From: Mobula birostris
Taxonomy: Eukaryota
NCBI RefSeq assembly: GCF_030028105.1
Contig: NC_092379.1
Coordinates: 20,065,309-20,129,308 of the forward strand
Reading direction: 5' to 3'
Length of the DNA: 64,000 nucleotides
Below are positions 10,620 through 24,479 of the stretch, piece by piece; positions within the stretch are counted from its first letter, which is position 1; every line of letters starts with the position of its first letter. Below the pieces are notes generated by a model, which saw only the letters and a list, made by a program, of their open reading frames with translations, ran no database searches and was not told where the DNA came from. The position numbers were made by a program, and so were the translations under genes.

Positions 10620-13600
10620 TGTGGATAAGAAATAGAAATCTTCAGAATATTCCTGGAGATATTTCCATTGGTTGTGTTAGGTCAAGACAGATTATAAGTA
10701 CAGTTAATGCATACAGAATAACAGAAACATCCAGGGCTGAATCATGTACGTATATTCCTGTTAGATTTGATTGAGAAAAGAAAATCAGAACAAGTGATCT
10801 GCTGACTAGGTTTCGATTCTCTTTCTAATAACTGTACCAATTTTTTCACTGTGAGGCAGAGAAGCATACAGGTTTCTCAGTGGAGACACAGCTCAGTATA
10901 TTCTTTGCTTGGAGACTCAGTGCCATTGATTAGTAATGAGCACTGCGAATCAATGAGATTCCCTTTCTCCATCTGGGCGGATCCTGGGATTCACTCAGTT
11001 TAATAACTTCACATCCCGACATTCCAGTCTCACTGTGGCTGTGGCTCTCCTCATCTCCGTAACCTTCACCACCCACACAAACTTCAGAAAAGATCATGTT
11101 GTTTCAACTCTGCTCACTCATACACCTGCACTACTTCTGCTGGTGCCTGTGGTTTTAGCATTCTTGCTGACAGACACTGAAGCCTCTGTCTCACTTGAAA
11201 TGAGCAGCCATGGTCAGAGTGTATCCATAAGTTAGGGACTGATGAACTGGCAACATGGGTTCAAATCCCAACCCGGTGGATGGGAGTTTAAATTCAATTC
11301 ATCAATGCATTTTGGAATAAGAAGAAGACTACGGAGGGATTTATAGTGTTATTCTCTGTGGTAACTTCCGGAGAGAAGTCTGGTCTGGTCTGGCTGGTTT
11401 GTGACTCCAGACTTGCAGCAACACAGCTGGAGCTGAATCACCATCAGGAATGAGGCAGCAAGTCCCTCAGTTCCAGAGAGATCAGTGATTGACGGGAAAT
11501 GATAAATGAATAAAACAGCTCTTTGATCAAGTGTTGGGTCACCTGTCCTCTGGGTCGGAGTCAGGTTTGTGTGATTGCACTCAAGTGACGTTGTTGAGGT
11601 CATCTCCCAAAGCACTGTTTTCCAGAAAGAACTACAGTCTATAGATCAGTGAATTTGGATGAATCAGGCACAGTGGAAGCAAACAGAACAATTGTCTTTG
11701 TTCTTGCCATGTGGGCGAAGGTATGGAGGCTGCCACTTTATCAAGAGACTCTGTGACTTCCATTTTGTGAGATGAAGTTGCTTGGCATGATCAGTGTTTT
11801 GAAGGAGACAAAATGATGCTCCAGCTAATCTGCTGGACCAGGGGTCATTTCCAAATAATAAGATATATGTGAGATGTTCTCTGGTTGGACATAACTTGCA
11901 GATTTGTGACTGTTGGGGTCTGTCTCTGCCCTGCGTGATCAGGCTGGTTGCTGATTGAGAACTATGAGCCATAGATTACCAGTTGTTATTTCTTGATCAG
12001 AGCCAGTAAGTAGGTGTTAGAGGTCATTCTGTTGACTATAGCCAATAACACTGGACTGTAACATTTGAATTGGTAAGGAATGAAATTAAAAGCAGATGCT
12101 TCAAGTGTGCTGGCAGCAATGGCTCTGTTGGAGATTCACAACTGCAGATATGAGGTGCCTCATGGATGTGGAGATTTTAAACGGGGATACGAGGAACATG
12201 TGGCCAGCAGTAAAGTCTCCTTTTTAACTGGTATAATCTTTTCAATCTTTGACTGTTCGTGGAAGGTCAGGAAAACTCAGCAGTTGTGCACACCGGTATT
12301 GGTTGTTTAAGTTCACATGTTCTTACATTGAGACAATAAAGGTACTTGTCGGTAAATAGAGAGTCTCCCTGGGCCTCGCTGATCATTAATAAAAGGGGTG
12401 ATACTTATAACATCATTATCATCAGTTCATTTACATTGCAGCTCTCTGCACTTTGTGTTATTTACACACATTTAGACACTCGGTCACCTTCAGGCATGTG
12501 GGGTGTTTTTGCTCTTTGACATTTAGTGTGGAGGCTGATTGTGTTTGTGTCATGGTTGAGTCCTTCAATGAGACTGTGAGTCAGTGTCTTTGTCTGAAAA
12601 AGGAGCAGATGTAACACATACGGTTCCAGTCTGACTGGGACAGATCATCTGACAAAGTGTGATGTGGATTTCTTAACCTTTCCCATTTCAGTAAGATCAT
12701 GAGCAATTTTCTTTTAAAACAGAAAGTCTGTGGAAGTAGTCTAGATGATCATTGTTGTCATGTAATATCACAAATATGCAAACCTAGATGTACACTGAAG
12801 GGTCACTAAATTGTGAATCTCGGTTTAATCAGCACTGTGATGTTGTTAAACATGTTTTCTGCAGGTTTCTCAGTTATGTCCCATATCAGCCTGGTCTGGA
12901 TGTTCAGCAGTCCCTGGGAAATGCGATCCCCTCATAAAACCTGACATATTCAGGATCGCTCCCCTTATTGCTGAATGCTGGTGCTATTCCACAAGAAGCA
13001 TATAATTCTCTCAATGCTTGGGTAGTTCTAACAAAACATTCTCCTTTCTGACATTCCTTGGGATCATTGAGTTTCTCTCTTGGACTGAATTCAGTGTCTG
13101 GCAGGTGGATCAATGTAACTTTAGCAATTTGTCTGATCCAGGATTTACACACAAAACATGTCAGGTTGGGCATGAGATTGGTTAGACCCCTGTGTCTTGT
13201 CTCACCAATTTGTCTTGTGCCCAACATTATCAAAGGGTCATCCATCCTTTGACTGAGTCAATTTGGAAATTCAGCCCCGTTCACCTTCATCACCTCGTGC
13301 CTCACGGCCATTGGGTAAAAAACATGTTCCAGTTCTTTCTGACTGGAGTCAGTCAGGTGGGAATCTGGCCAAGGAAACTGGAATTGGGATCTGAGTCACA
13401 CTGAAGCAACAATGTACACAAATGAATGAGTGTATGGACAACCAGAAACACAAGAGTTTATGCAGATGCTGGAAATCGTGAACACGTACAAAACGCTGGA
13501 GTGACTTAACAAGTCAGGCAGCATCTTTGGAGAGGAATAAGCAGTCGATCTTTCAGGCCAGGAGACATCACTGGTACTGGAATGGAAGTGGGCAGAAGCC

Positions 13601-14300
13601 AGAATAAGAAGGTGGGTGGAGTCGAGAGGAATATGTACATGGAGTTTAGGAAAATAGAGGGCTATGGGTAACCCTAGGTTCAGTACAGCTTTGTGGGCCG
13701 AAGGGCTTGTATTGTGCTGCAGGTTTTCTCTGTTTCTTCTATGCTTCTATGAATACATTCCATCAGATGAGAGGTGAGACCAGGTGAGGGGGAAAGTGTG
13801 TGGATGGGGGAGGGGTATGAATTAAGAAGCTGGTAGGGGACAAGTGGAAGAGATAAATGGCTGAAACAGAAGGAATCTGATCGGACAGTAGACCATGGAG
13901 GAAAGTGCAGGAGGAGGGGAGACAAATGGGCAGGTGAGAAGAAGTGAAGGGATGTGAGGATTAGAAAAGAAATAATAAAGGAGCAGGGATTGGGGGAGAT
14001 TACTGGGAGTTATAGAAATCAGTACTCATGACATCAGATTTGCAGATATCTGGAAAGAATATGAGGTGTTACTGCTCTAATCTGACGTTAGCCTCACCAT
14101 GGCCATGAGGCCATGGACAGAAATGTCAGAAATAGGAATGGAAAGTCAAATTGAAATATGTGGCCACGTGGATAATAAAAAATCAAATTGAAATGTGGAG
14201 GGGAGAGATAGTTAGTTTGCATCACATGTTTTCCTCTCTCTGTGTTAAACCCAAGTCAGAGACATGTCTGGAATGCAGTAAATGGATTGTAATAAAATTC
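10620..14300. repeat. Long intronic block upstream of an A exon; paralogous to ~15615-20410 and ~38080-42290
   Basis: Colinear shared sequence (e.g. ctaataactgtacc, gcagtccctgggaaatgcgatcccc, decayed Penelope tail) with copy-specific insertions. Confidence 0.85.
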
Positions 14301-15249
14301 AATGACAAATTGTATACACAGCCAATCACTTTATTTCACACGTTCCTGCTGAGCAATGATACTGTCGGATTGAACCATCTGAGAATGTTGCATTGAAATT
14401 ACTCATGAGAAATAGCATTGGCACACACTTCGAAAAACAGCGGGGACATTTTCCACCTGGAAATAGAAGATTCATAGATTTAAGCTTGGAAAAAAGGGAG
14501 CCCCACATATTCCCATTCTCTATCCTCTGTACATCACATCCTATCGGGATGAGGTTATGTCAGCCATGATAAATGCAGGTGCTCTCTGAACCTGGTCGAG
14601 GATCTGAGGACACAAGGTCACAACATTCACTCGAGGATTGGGCATTAATTCAAAAATAATCTCGGCACCTACATTTCAGTGAGTGGACAATCGACAGAAG
14701 AGTCTCTCAGGAAACACTGGAAACAGGCTCTGGAGACTGAAGCAAATACAACATTGCTGAGATATTTTTTGAGGAACTAACACTGAGAAGACAGTGAAAA
14801 GGAGAAGGGGAGATTTTCTCCAGATGGTAAAGCATGGGATGTGAGCTTTGCTCACTAACTTATTTTCATTATAACTGCAAACAGAGACAACTAAAATTAC
14901 TTAGGACAGAATGGACAGGTGACATAATCTTACACCTTCCTGCCCAGTAGATGGGGTTAAAGCTGCTGGTGATCTGAATTGATTCAAAGTGTAAAGATCA
15001 TCTGTACATCACTCAACAAGATTGACCGTAGGGACAGGAGTTGGGTGGGAGTATCAGTTAAGTAGTCTAGTACTGTAGTAAATTAATTATTCTTCAGACA
15101 TCACTCTCCCTCTTGATATGTCATGTTGACCTCGCTATAAAACAGGAAGGTGCGTTTTGGTCTATTCCAGCCAGGCACTGTCAGGCAAGTGATTGTTTCA
15201 AATCCACCATCAGATCCCTGAGTGGAAGGGAGAACGGTGTCTTCTTGGG

Positions 15250-15533
15250 CAGATCCATTGTGGAAGAGATGTGGATTGACAAGACCTCTATTTTGAAGTG
15301 TACAGTCATCTGTACTGATCCAGGAGATATCCACATCTCTTGGCCTGTGGGTGGAAAGGAGAAAACTAAAGGACCTGTCACCCATTAACTGGAGTTGGAT
15401 GGGTCCCGATACAGAGTGCTCAGTGAACCACAGGCTATGGTGGAGGAGTGCTACAGTGGGGTGGAGTTTGAGTGCTCTGCTTAGAAATCTCCTTCATCTT
15501 CCCAAGTGTCAGAAATGACCAATAGTACCAAAG
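15250..15533 (+). pseudogene. Inverted, dead type A constant exon followed by the inverted A-B intron (to ~15612)
   Basis: VEEMWIDKTSILKCTVICTDPGDIHISW...H*...SA* on the plus strand; two stops, no acceptor, donor changed to TTCGGG. Confidence 0.85.
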
Positions 15534-16463
15534 TTCGGGAACAGACCAGCGATTAAATGGCCAGCTTTAGTTACTAGAGTCAAAATGTTTGACATTTCTT
15601 TTGTTTTCTTGGTCTAGAATCCTTTTCTAATAACTGTACCAATGGGTTCACTGTGAGACAGAGAAGCATGCAGATTTCTCAGCAGAGACACAGCGCAGTA
15701 TATTCTTTGCCTGGAGACTCGGTGCCATTGTTTAGTAACAATGAACACTGTGAATCAATGAGAATCCCTTCCTCCATCTGGGCTGAGCCTGGGATTCACT
15801 CAGTTTAATAACTTCACATCCCAACATTCTACTCTTACTGTGGCTGTGCCTCTCCCTGTCTCTGCAACCTTCACCACCCACACAAACTTCAGAAAACATC
15901 GTATTCTTTCAACTCTGCTCACTCATACACCTGCACTACTTCTGCTGGTGCCTGTGGTTTTAGCATTCTTGCTTACAAACACTGAAGCCTCTGTCTCTCT
16001 TAAAATGAGCAGCCATGAGTGTATCCTTCAGTTAGGGACTGATGATCTGGCAAAATGGGTTCAAATCCCAACCAAGCGAATGGGAGTTTAAATTCAATTC
16101 ATATATGCTTTCCGGAATGAAAAGAAGGAAATGGAAGGATTTGGAGTGGTATTTGTACCTTCGGGGAAAAGAATCAATCATCCATATCAGGCCTGGCTGG
16201 TATGTGACTCCAGACCTGCAGCAATACAGCTGAACCTTAATCATCATCAGGAATGAGGTGACAAGTCCCTCAGCTCTAGAGCGATCAGTGATTGATAGGA
16301 AATGATAAACGTATAAAACAGCTCTTTGATCAATGTTTGTGGCACCTGTCCTCTGGGTTGGTGTCACTTTTGTGTGACTGCACTAGGTGAAGTTGTTGAG
16401 GTCGTCTCCCGATGCACGATTATCAGTTCACTTACATTGCTGCTCTCTGCACTTAATGTGCAC

Positions 16464-18385
16464 CAGTGATTCCCAGCTGCAGCAGAACTGTGCCAAAAGG
16501 GGGGCAGGAACATGTCCTAAGGGGGCATTTAGGGAAATAGAAGTCATCAGGTGTTCAAGATTCTTTGGGGCACCGATAAGCTAACTAAGGCACAAGAACT
16601 GACTGACCATTAGTAGAGCAGGCACTTCAAAAGAAAAGATGAAGCACTGGAACACAGGAAGAACCATAGCTCTGCAGGCAGTGAACACTCATCATCACAA
16701 CGTGTTTGAAACTCAGCAATCTCATCATCCTTACCAGCCAAACAGATATTATTGGGGATGCATAAATTAGCAACCAAGGTTCCCAACAGTTCTGCTTGAC
16801 TTGCAGTATGGAACAAGTTCAGGCTATTTAGTAGTTCAGGTACACACTCTCAACTTTGTCCACAGATGTACGGAAAACAGGTCGTGCAACTAAACAGTGC
16901 TGGCTGGAACCAAGTGGTGAAATAGAGCCAGTCAGTGAACCTGCTGACCCCAAATAGCATATGTACTATTTATCAAAAATGGAAAAGTTTATCAAGAGTT
17001 TCTCTTTTGTAAAAAGCTACAAACAAATTCAATGAAGGATCAATCTACTGTGAGCTCAAAATGTATATTGAGGATAAAAGGTATTCTGATTGGGAACATA
17101 ATTTTTGTGCAACAGATGGAGCACCATATATGACAGGTCACCATGCTGGTTTAATGGAAAAAAAATTCCAAGTCTGTTTGCAATCCATTGTGCAATTCAT
17201 CGTCAATATCTTGCAGCCAACAACTTCAGCCAGCGACTTTTTACAAGCATGACTCTTGGTAATATCTGCTATCAACAAACTTAAAGCTCATCCATTAAAA
17301 TAGCAGAATATTTTGCCAGTTAAGTCAAGAAATGATGAAGAATTTGAACGCTTGCTTCTTCACACTGAGGTGCATCGGCTGTCAAAAGGCTGTTGCTTAA
17401 AAGTTTTCCTTGAGCTTTTTGACACTGTGGTTGAATTTTTGCCCAAATTCGACAACAGCTTAGGAAACAAGATTGAACTTCTATGTGGAGATGTGGCATA
17501 CCTAGCTGATCTGTATGACAAAATGAACGTTCTAAATATGAAACTGCAGGGTGAGAATTTCAACTTGATGCAGGCAAAAGTGCAGTGTCCACTTATATCG
17601 GCAAATTGGAACTATATAAGCAAAACATTGGGAGGAAAATGTTCTCACAGTTTCCCCACAAAGAAAGTATGGCACTCTCTATCACAGATGGTGATTTGCA
17701 AGAGTACCGCTTACACCTGAAGTCACCGAAGAAAGATTTTCAGATTGATTCGAGGATTTGAATGATCCAGAAATTCCAGACTGGGTAATTAACCTAATTC
17801 TTTGCAAGGTGGGAGAACAGGAAGAGAGCTTGCAAGAAGGAACTATCAAAATCCAGAATGATGAAGAGGCAAAAATGCTTTTCAAAACTGTCGGGTTTTG
17901 TGGTATGTGGCTGCGCTGTCATAAGAGATTTCTTGGTCTTTGGAGAAGAGCCAATCTGCTTTTCATTACATTTCCATCCACCTACCTTGCTGAAAAAGGC
18001 TTCAGTGCAGTGAACCACATACTCAGAAAAACAGAAACCACTTGGACATTGTTACATATGGGAGCCTAAGGTTTTTGCTGTCATGCCTTGAACTAGATAT
18101 TTCAACTCTTGCTAAAAGCCATCATACTCAAGGATCACATTGATATTGAAGCTGCTGTATGGCGCACAGGTACTGTGTAAGCTAGGATTTAAGACAAATA
18201 AAAATTTAAAGCAGAATAATTTTTCTCATGTTAACACATGGTAGACATATTTTTACACTCTGGGGGTGCCAGAAAGTATATTATGCTTAACAGGGGCATT
18301 GGCAAGTATGAAGGTGTTTTAGAGAGGCATTGGCAAGTATGAATGTGCTTTGGGGGCAATGCACTAAAAAGGTTGGGAAACTCTG
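16464..18385 (+). mobile_element. Decayed hAT (Charlie/Buster-like) DNA transposon
   Basis: HTEVHRLSKG and FPSTYLAEKGFS transposase motifs; imperfect TIRs (cagtgattccc / gggaaactctg); degenerate 8-bp TSD (atgtgcac / gtatacac; empty site gtgtacac in the paralogous block near 40815). Confidence 0.85.
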
Positions 18386-20795
18386 GTATACACCATTTAT
18401 ACACTCAGTCACCTTCAGGCATGTGGGGTTTTTCCTCTTTGACACTTAGTGTGGAGACTTATTGTGTTGTGTCACAGACGAGGCCTTCAATGAGACTGAG
18501 TCAATGTCTTTGTCTGAAGAAAGAGCAGATGTAACACTCACAGTTCCAGTCTGAACGGGCCGGATCATCTGACAAAGTGTGATGTGGACTTCTCAACATC
18601 TCTCATTTCAGAAATATTATGAGCAATTTTCTTTGAAAGTAGAAAGTCCGTGGGTGTAGTCCAGGTGATCATTGTTGTCGTGTAATATCACAAATATGCA
18701 AACCTACATGTACACTGTAGGGACACTGAATTGTGAATCTCAGTTTAATCAGCACTGTGATGTTGCTAAACATGTTTTCTGCAGGTTTCTCAGTTATGTC
18801 CCATATCAGCCTGGTCTTGATGTTCAGCAGTCCCTGGGAAATGCGATCCCCTCATAAAACCTGACAGATTCAGGATCGCTCCCCTTATTGCTGAATGCTG
18901 GTGTTATTCCACAAGAAGCATATAATTCTGTCAATGCTTGGGTAATTCTAACAAAGCATTCTCCTTTCTGACATTCCTTGGAATCACTGAGTTTTCCTCT
19001 TGGACTGAATTCAGTGTCCAGCACATGGATCAATGTAACTTTAGCAGTTTGTCTGATCCAGGATCTATACACGAAGCATGACAGATTGGACAGGAGAGTC
19101 ATTAGACCCCTGTGTCTCATCTCACCAATTTGTCTTATGCCCAACATTACCAAAGGGTCATCCATCATTTGACTGAGTCAATTTGGAATTTCAGCCCCGT
19201 TCACCTTCATCACCTCGTGCCTCACAGCCATTGGGTAAAAAACAGGTTCCAGTTCTTGCTGACTGGTGTCAGACAGGAGGGAATCTGGCCAAGGAAACTG
19301 GAATTGGGATCTGAGTCTCACTGAAGCAACAATGTACACAAATGAATGAGTGTATGGACAACCAGAAACACAAGAGATTCTACAGATGCTGGAAATCTTG
19401 AACAACACACACAACGAGCTGGCGGAACTCGGCAAGTCAGGCAGCATCTATGGAGGAAAATAACAGTTGATCTTTCAGGCCAAGTGGCTTCACTGGTACT
19501 GGAAAGGAAGTGGGCAGAAGCCAGAATAAGAAGGTGGGAGGAGCAGAGAGGAATACATTCTGTCAGATGAGAGGTGAGACCAGGTGAGGTGGAAAGTTTG
19601 TGGATAGGAGAGGAGGTATGAAGTAAGAAGCTGGTAGGGGATAAGTGGAAGAGATAAATGGCTGAAGCAGAAGGAATCTATCAGGGCAGTAGACCATGGA
19701 GGAAAGTGCAGGAGAAGGGGAACAAACTGGAGATGATGGACAGGTGAGGAGAAGTGAAGGGATGAGGGGATTACAAAAGAAAGAATAAAGGAGTGGGGAT
19801 TGGGGGATATTACTGTCAGTTGTAGAAATCAGTACTCATGACATCAGATTGGCAGATACCTGGACAGTTTCTTCCTTCTGCCGCCTGCTATCGGGTACTT
19901 TCGGGAGTCAATTGGAACTTTGAGACTCTTTTTACCATTCCCATGGTCTGCTCTTTATCAAATTATGGTATTGCTTTGCCCTGCTGTAACTATATGATAT
20001 AATTATGTGGTCTTGTCAGTGCTAGTCTTTGGTTTGTCCTTTTTTTTTGTGATATCACCCTGGAGGAACATTGTATCATTTCTTAATGCATGCATGCATT
20101 TCTAAATGACAATAAACAAGGAATGAGTGTCCTCATAATTTAATCTAATCTAAGAATATGAGGTGTTGCTGCTCCAATCTGACATTGGCCTCACCAATGG
20201 CAGTAGAGGAGGCCATGGACAAACATGTCAGAATGGGAATGGGAAGTCAAATTGAAATAGTTGGTGACAAGGATAACAGGAAGTCAAATTGAAATGTAGA
20301 GGAGAGAGGAAGTCATTTTGAATCACATGTTTCCCTCTCTCTCTGTTAAACCCATCCCAATGGATACCAGAGACAGATCTGGAATCCAGCAAATGAATTG
20401 TAATAAAATAGGTAAAAAATGAAAATAAAGGAGTTAGGAGAGATTACTCAAAGTTGTAGTAAAAAAGATTCCTGCCTTTAGATTGGTAGATATCGGAATG
20501 GTTCATGTTCAGTGGATTCGTTGTAGGAAATTGTTAATGTCTGCACAAATTGTTCTTTATTTTCTGCACATTGGATTTTTAACTCTGAATTCCACTGAGT
20601 TTCCTTTGTGGCTGGCTGGAACAGGAGAATCTCAAGGTTGTATATGGTGCAGATACTTTGATATTAAATCTACTTCGTACTTTGAAATTTATCAGTTTAC
20701 TCACATAACTAAACTAAGGTTGCACTATGATTTCGTATTGAATTCATCGCACGATGTAAATAATATCAATAATGGACTGAGTCGCAGGACCCTAC

Positions 20796-21113
20796 CTTGG
20801 ATGTTCTTCACTTGCTTCTTGATACTGCTGTTGGAGGGTGGATGAGTCACTGTACAGCTGAAGACTGATTCTGACTTCCACTCCTGTAAGCTCACGGTCA
20901 GGAAGTGTCTGGCACTGAAAGTCCATCCCTGCTCCAGAGTGGTTGGTGTAGCGCTGGTGTTGGAGGCGACCACAGTGCTGTCTTTCTCCCAGGTGACATT
21001 TATTTGGTCCGGGTAGAATCCAGAGACCATACACTCCAGTGTGGCCATTTTCCTATTGTTGGTCTCTTCCTGAGGTGGAGGCAGCAGTCTGACTTTGGGA
21101 CTTTTTATCTCGA
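20796..21113 (-). CDS. Ig heavy constant exon type B, unit 4, intact
   Basis: 318 nt, phase 1/1, AG/GT; same motifs as other B exons. Confidence 0.92.
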
Positions 21114-21201
21114 CTGGAATAGAAAAGAAAACAAAGGAAATGTCAAACATTTTGACTCAGCTAACTAATGCTGGCCATTTAATAGCTGGTCTCTTACCCA
21201 C

Positions 21202-21504
21202 CTTTGGTACTATTGGTCCGTGCTGACACTCGGGAAGATGAAGGAGATTCCTGAGCAGAGCACTCGTACTCCACCCCACTGAACCACTCCTCCACACTGA
21301 TCTGGAGTTCGCTGAGCACTCTGTATCGGGACCCGTCCCTCTGCGCTTGATGGATGACATGCTCATTAGTTTTCTCCTTCCCACCCACGTGCCAAGAGAT
21401 GTGGATATCTTCGGGATCTGTACAGATAACTGTGCACTTCACGGTAGCAGTCTTGTCGATCCACATCTCTTCAATGTCGGGATTTTGAATAAAGACAGAC
21501 AATT
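21202..21504 (-). CDS. Ig heavy constant exon type A, unit 4, intact
   Basis: 303 nt, phase 1/1, AG/GT, open frame. Confidence 0.92.
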
Positions 21505-21629
21505 CTGTGGATTAGAAATGGAAATGCTCAGAATCTTACTGGTTGTGTTAGGTCAAGAGAGATCATCAGTACATGACAGATGCATTTAATGCAAACAGAA
21601 AAACAGAAACACCCAGGGCTGATTTGTGT

Positions 21630-21837
21630 GTCAGACTGCTCATGATCATGTTTTCACCTCTGTTGTTTTCTCGACCTAGAGTCATCATTCCATCTTCCCT
21701 TTTCCTTCCATCCACCTGTCAGGTTACACTGAATCCCTCTAAATCACTGTGACCACCTCACACAGAATAGTCACTGAGCTCTTTTCTCTTGATCTCTTTG
21801 AAGGAAGGTTTGCTTAAAGTGACTGAGGGGCGGGTAT
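21630..21837 (-). pseudogene. 3'-truncated, frameshifted type C exon
   Basis: Starts DTRPSVTLSKPSFKEI, then frameshift and stop; fused to the A-upstream intron, no donor. Confidence 0.8.
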
Positions 21838-23043
21838 CTGAACAGTAATCTGGGAGAAATGCTACAATTATTATTTCACTATTCCCCAATGGACGAGTTT
21901 GTCACTGACAAGACCAGCATTTCTGTTCATCTCTGGTCAATGATTTGCCTGTCCCATCAAGATAGATGACAGCAAACTACATTGAAGAAGAAAGGAATCT
22001 CCCCTACTGATCAGACAGGGTAATCTCCCTGAGAGAAAGTAAATGAACAAGATTTGTCCTTACATTGTTTTTGCAGTTCCGTGGTCACTTAAACTGTTAC
22101 CAGTCATTTATTAAAACAAATACAGAAAATACCCAGCATTTCAGAGTGTGTCTGTGGAATGGGAAATGGAGAAAACATTTCACAGAAAAATATTTCAGTA
22201 AATGTGGATTAAATTTTAAAACTTACACCACATATATTTCTTTTATTGACACAAATATTTAAATACACCCTTTTCTGTGTAAAGTGTAAAGAAACTGCAG
22301 CTTTGTCAGAATGTTGTGTGTTCAAACTGCACTACAGAGGCTTCTACACATTGTCCAGGCTGACAATTCCCACACGGGCAGAGGGAGAGCTGCTCTGCTG
22401 GAAATTCAGTCACAACTGAAGCACTCATCGGAGGCTCGGATCATGTTGGTTGAGAGCAGAGAACAAATCAAAGATCGGCTGATTTTATCACTGAGCCAGA
22501 TTAAAAAGATTAAGATATTGTCACCAAAGGCGAAGGAAGATCCAGTTTTCAGCTCACTTCTCGACGAGGTTTCACTTGCCTCAGCACTGAACTGACTCTG
22601 CAGCTGCAGCCTGCAGCCATCGGCACTCACCTCAGCACTGAGCCTGGCTCCACGTCCGTGGCCTGCAGCCATCGGTCTCCTGGACCGGTTGCAGTGCTGA
22701 ACTGGCAACGTGGCTGTGGATTTACTTTTGGGGGGCTCTGTGGTTCAGTTTCTGTGGATTGCTTGTTTGAATTTTTTTATTGTTTGCACAATTTGTTTTT
22801 TTCACACATTGGATGTTTGACTCTGAATTCTATTGTATTTCTTTGTTTTGTGGTTGCCTGCAAGAAGAGAATCTCAAGGTTGTATATGGTACACATACTT
22901 TGATAATAAATGTACTTTGTACTTTGAACTTTATCAGTTCACTCACATAACTAAACTAGAGCTACACCATGATTCAGTGTTGACCTTGAATTCATAGCAC
23001 AATGTAAACAATTTCAATAATGGGATGCATCCCAGGACCCTAC

Positions 23044-23361
23044 CTTGGACGTTCTTCACTTGCTTCTTGATACGGGTGTTGGAGGGGGGATGAGTCACTG
23101 TACAGCTGAAGACTGATTCTGACTTCCACTCCTGTAAACTCACAGTCAGGAAGTGTCTGGCACTGAAGGTCCACCCCTGCTCCAGAGCGGTCGGTGTCGC
23201 GCTGGTGTTGGAGGTGATCACGGTGCTGCCTTTCTCCCAGGTGACATTTATTTGGTCCGGGTAGAATCCAGACACCACACACTCCAGTGTGGCTGTTTTC
23301 CAATTCTTGGTCTCTTCCTGAGGTGGAGGCAGCAGTCTGACCTTGGGGCTTCTTATTTCGA
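23044..23361 (-). CDS. Ig heavy constant exon type B, unit 3, intact
   Basis: 318 nt, phase 1/1, AG/GT, open frame. Confidence 0.92.
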
Positions 23362-23447
23362 CTGGAATAGACAAGTAAACAAAGGAAATGTCAAACATTT
23401 TGACTCAGGTAAAATGCTGGCCATCTAATTGATGGTCTCTTGCCCAC

Positions 23448-23750
23448 CTTTGGTACTATTGGTCCGTGCTGACACTTGGGAAGATGAAGGAGATTCCTGA
23501 GCAGAGCACTCGTACTCCACTCCACTGAACCACTCCTCCACACTGATCTGGAGTTCACTGAGCACTCTGTATCGGGACCCGTCCCTCTCCGCTCGATGGA
23601 TGACATGTTCTTTAGTTTTCTCCTTCCCGCCCACGTGCCAAGTGATGTGGATATCTTCGGGATCTGTACAGACAACCGTGCACTTCATGGTAGAAGTCTT
23701 ATTGATCCACATCTCTTCAATGTCGGGATTTTGAATAAACACAGACAATT
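23448..23750 (-). CDS. Ig heavy constant exon type A, unit 3, intact
   Basis: 303 nt, phase 1/1, AG/GT, open frame. Confidence 0.92.
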
Positions 23751-23961
23751 CTGTGGATTAGAAATGGAAATCTTCAGAATCGGACTGGAGATATTTCTAC
23801 TGGTTGTGTTAGGTCAAGACGGAATTATCAGTACATGAGAGCTGCATTTAATACAAACAGAATAACAGTAACAACCAGGGCTGAATCACATGTCTCATGT
23901 CCCCGTAAGTTTTAGTTGAGAAAAAGAACTCAGGACGAAGTATGTGCTGGACTGAATCACG

Positions 23962-24139
23962 TGTCAGTCTGCTGATGATCATGCCTTCACCTCTGTCACT
24001 GTCTGGACTGAGTCCTCACCCCATCTTCCCTCTTCCTTCCTGCCAGGTGACACTGAATCCCTGTAAATCACTGTGAACTGCCTCTGCGTCCAGAGCTCTT
24101 GGAAGGAAGGTTTGCTTAAAGTGACTGAGGGGCGGGTAT
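23962..24139 (-). pseudogene. 3'-truncated type C exon with internal deletion
   Basis: DTRPSVTLSKPSFQELWTQRQ then deletion and frameshift; same fusion point as the 21630 copy. Confidence 0.8.
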
Positions 24140-24254
24140 CTGGGAGAAATGTGACAATTATTATTTCACCATTCCCCAATGAACGAGTTTGTCACTGACA
24201 AGATCAGCATTTCCTGTTCAACTCTGGTCAATGGTTTGCCAGTCCCTTCAAGGT

Positions 24255-24470
24255 GGGCCGGCTGGCGGTGTAGTGGCATCAGCACTGGGCTTCAAGGCAG
24301 ATGGTCGTGAGTTCAAACCCAACCGGGTCCCAAACTGGGCAGCAGCAGCATCTGCGTGGAAGAAAGGTCCGGCAATCTACTTCCGTATCTTGCCGTGAAA
24401 AATCTATGGATCCTAAGGGCCATGAGAAAAAAAAGAGTCAGACTCAACTAAATGAACAACAGCAAACCTC
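24255..24470 (+). mobile_element. tRNA-derived SINE
   Basis: A-box-like tggcggtgtagtgg and B-box gttcaaacc (24311-24319). Confidence 0.6.
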
Positions 24471-24479
24471 CGTTCTAAA

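Noticed and set aside
11005-11040. CACAGTG on the minus strand in the A-upstream intron as an RSS
   Set aside because: No nonamer at 12 or 23 bp, and the heptamer is CACAGTA in the paralogous copies.
11035-11235. Hydrophobic plus-strand ORFs (also 15840-16091, 38514-38714) as a TM exon
   Set aside because: Wrong strand for the Ig gene, no CART-like motif; repeated only because they lie in the duplicated intron block.
22311-22708. Repeated 88-100 aa ORFs on both strands (also 27744-28105, 30202-30504, 36743-37030)
   Set aside because: Fall within the GC-rich repeated element; lengths vary and no domain is recognisable.
24255-24330. tRNA genes (also 33030-33095, 61828-61895)
   Set aside because: Only A/B-box heads followed by SINE bodies; no complete cloverleaf evident.
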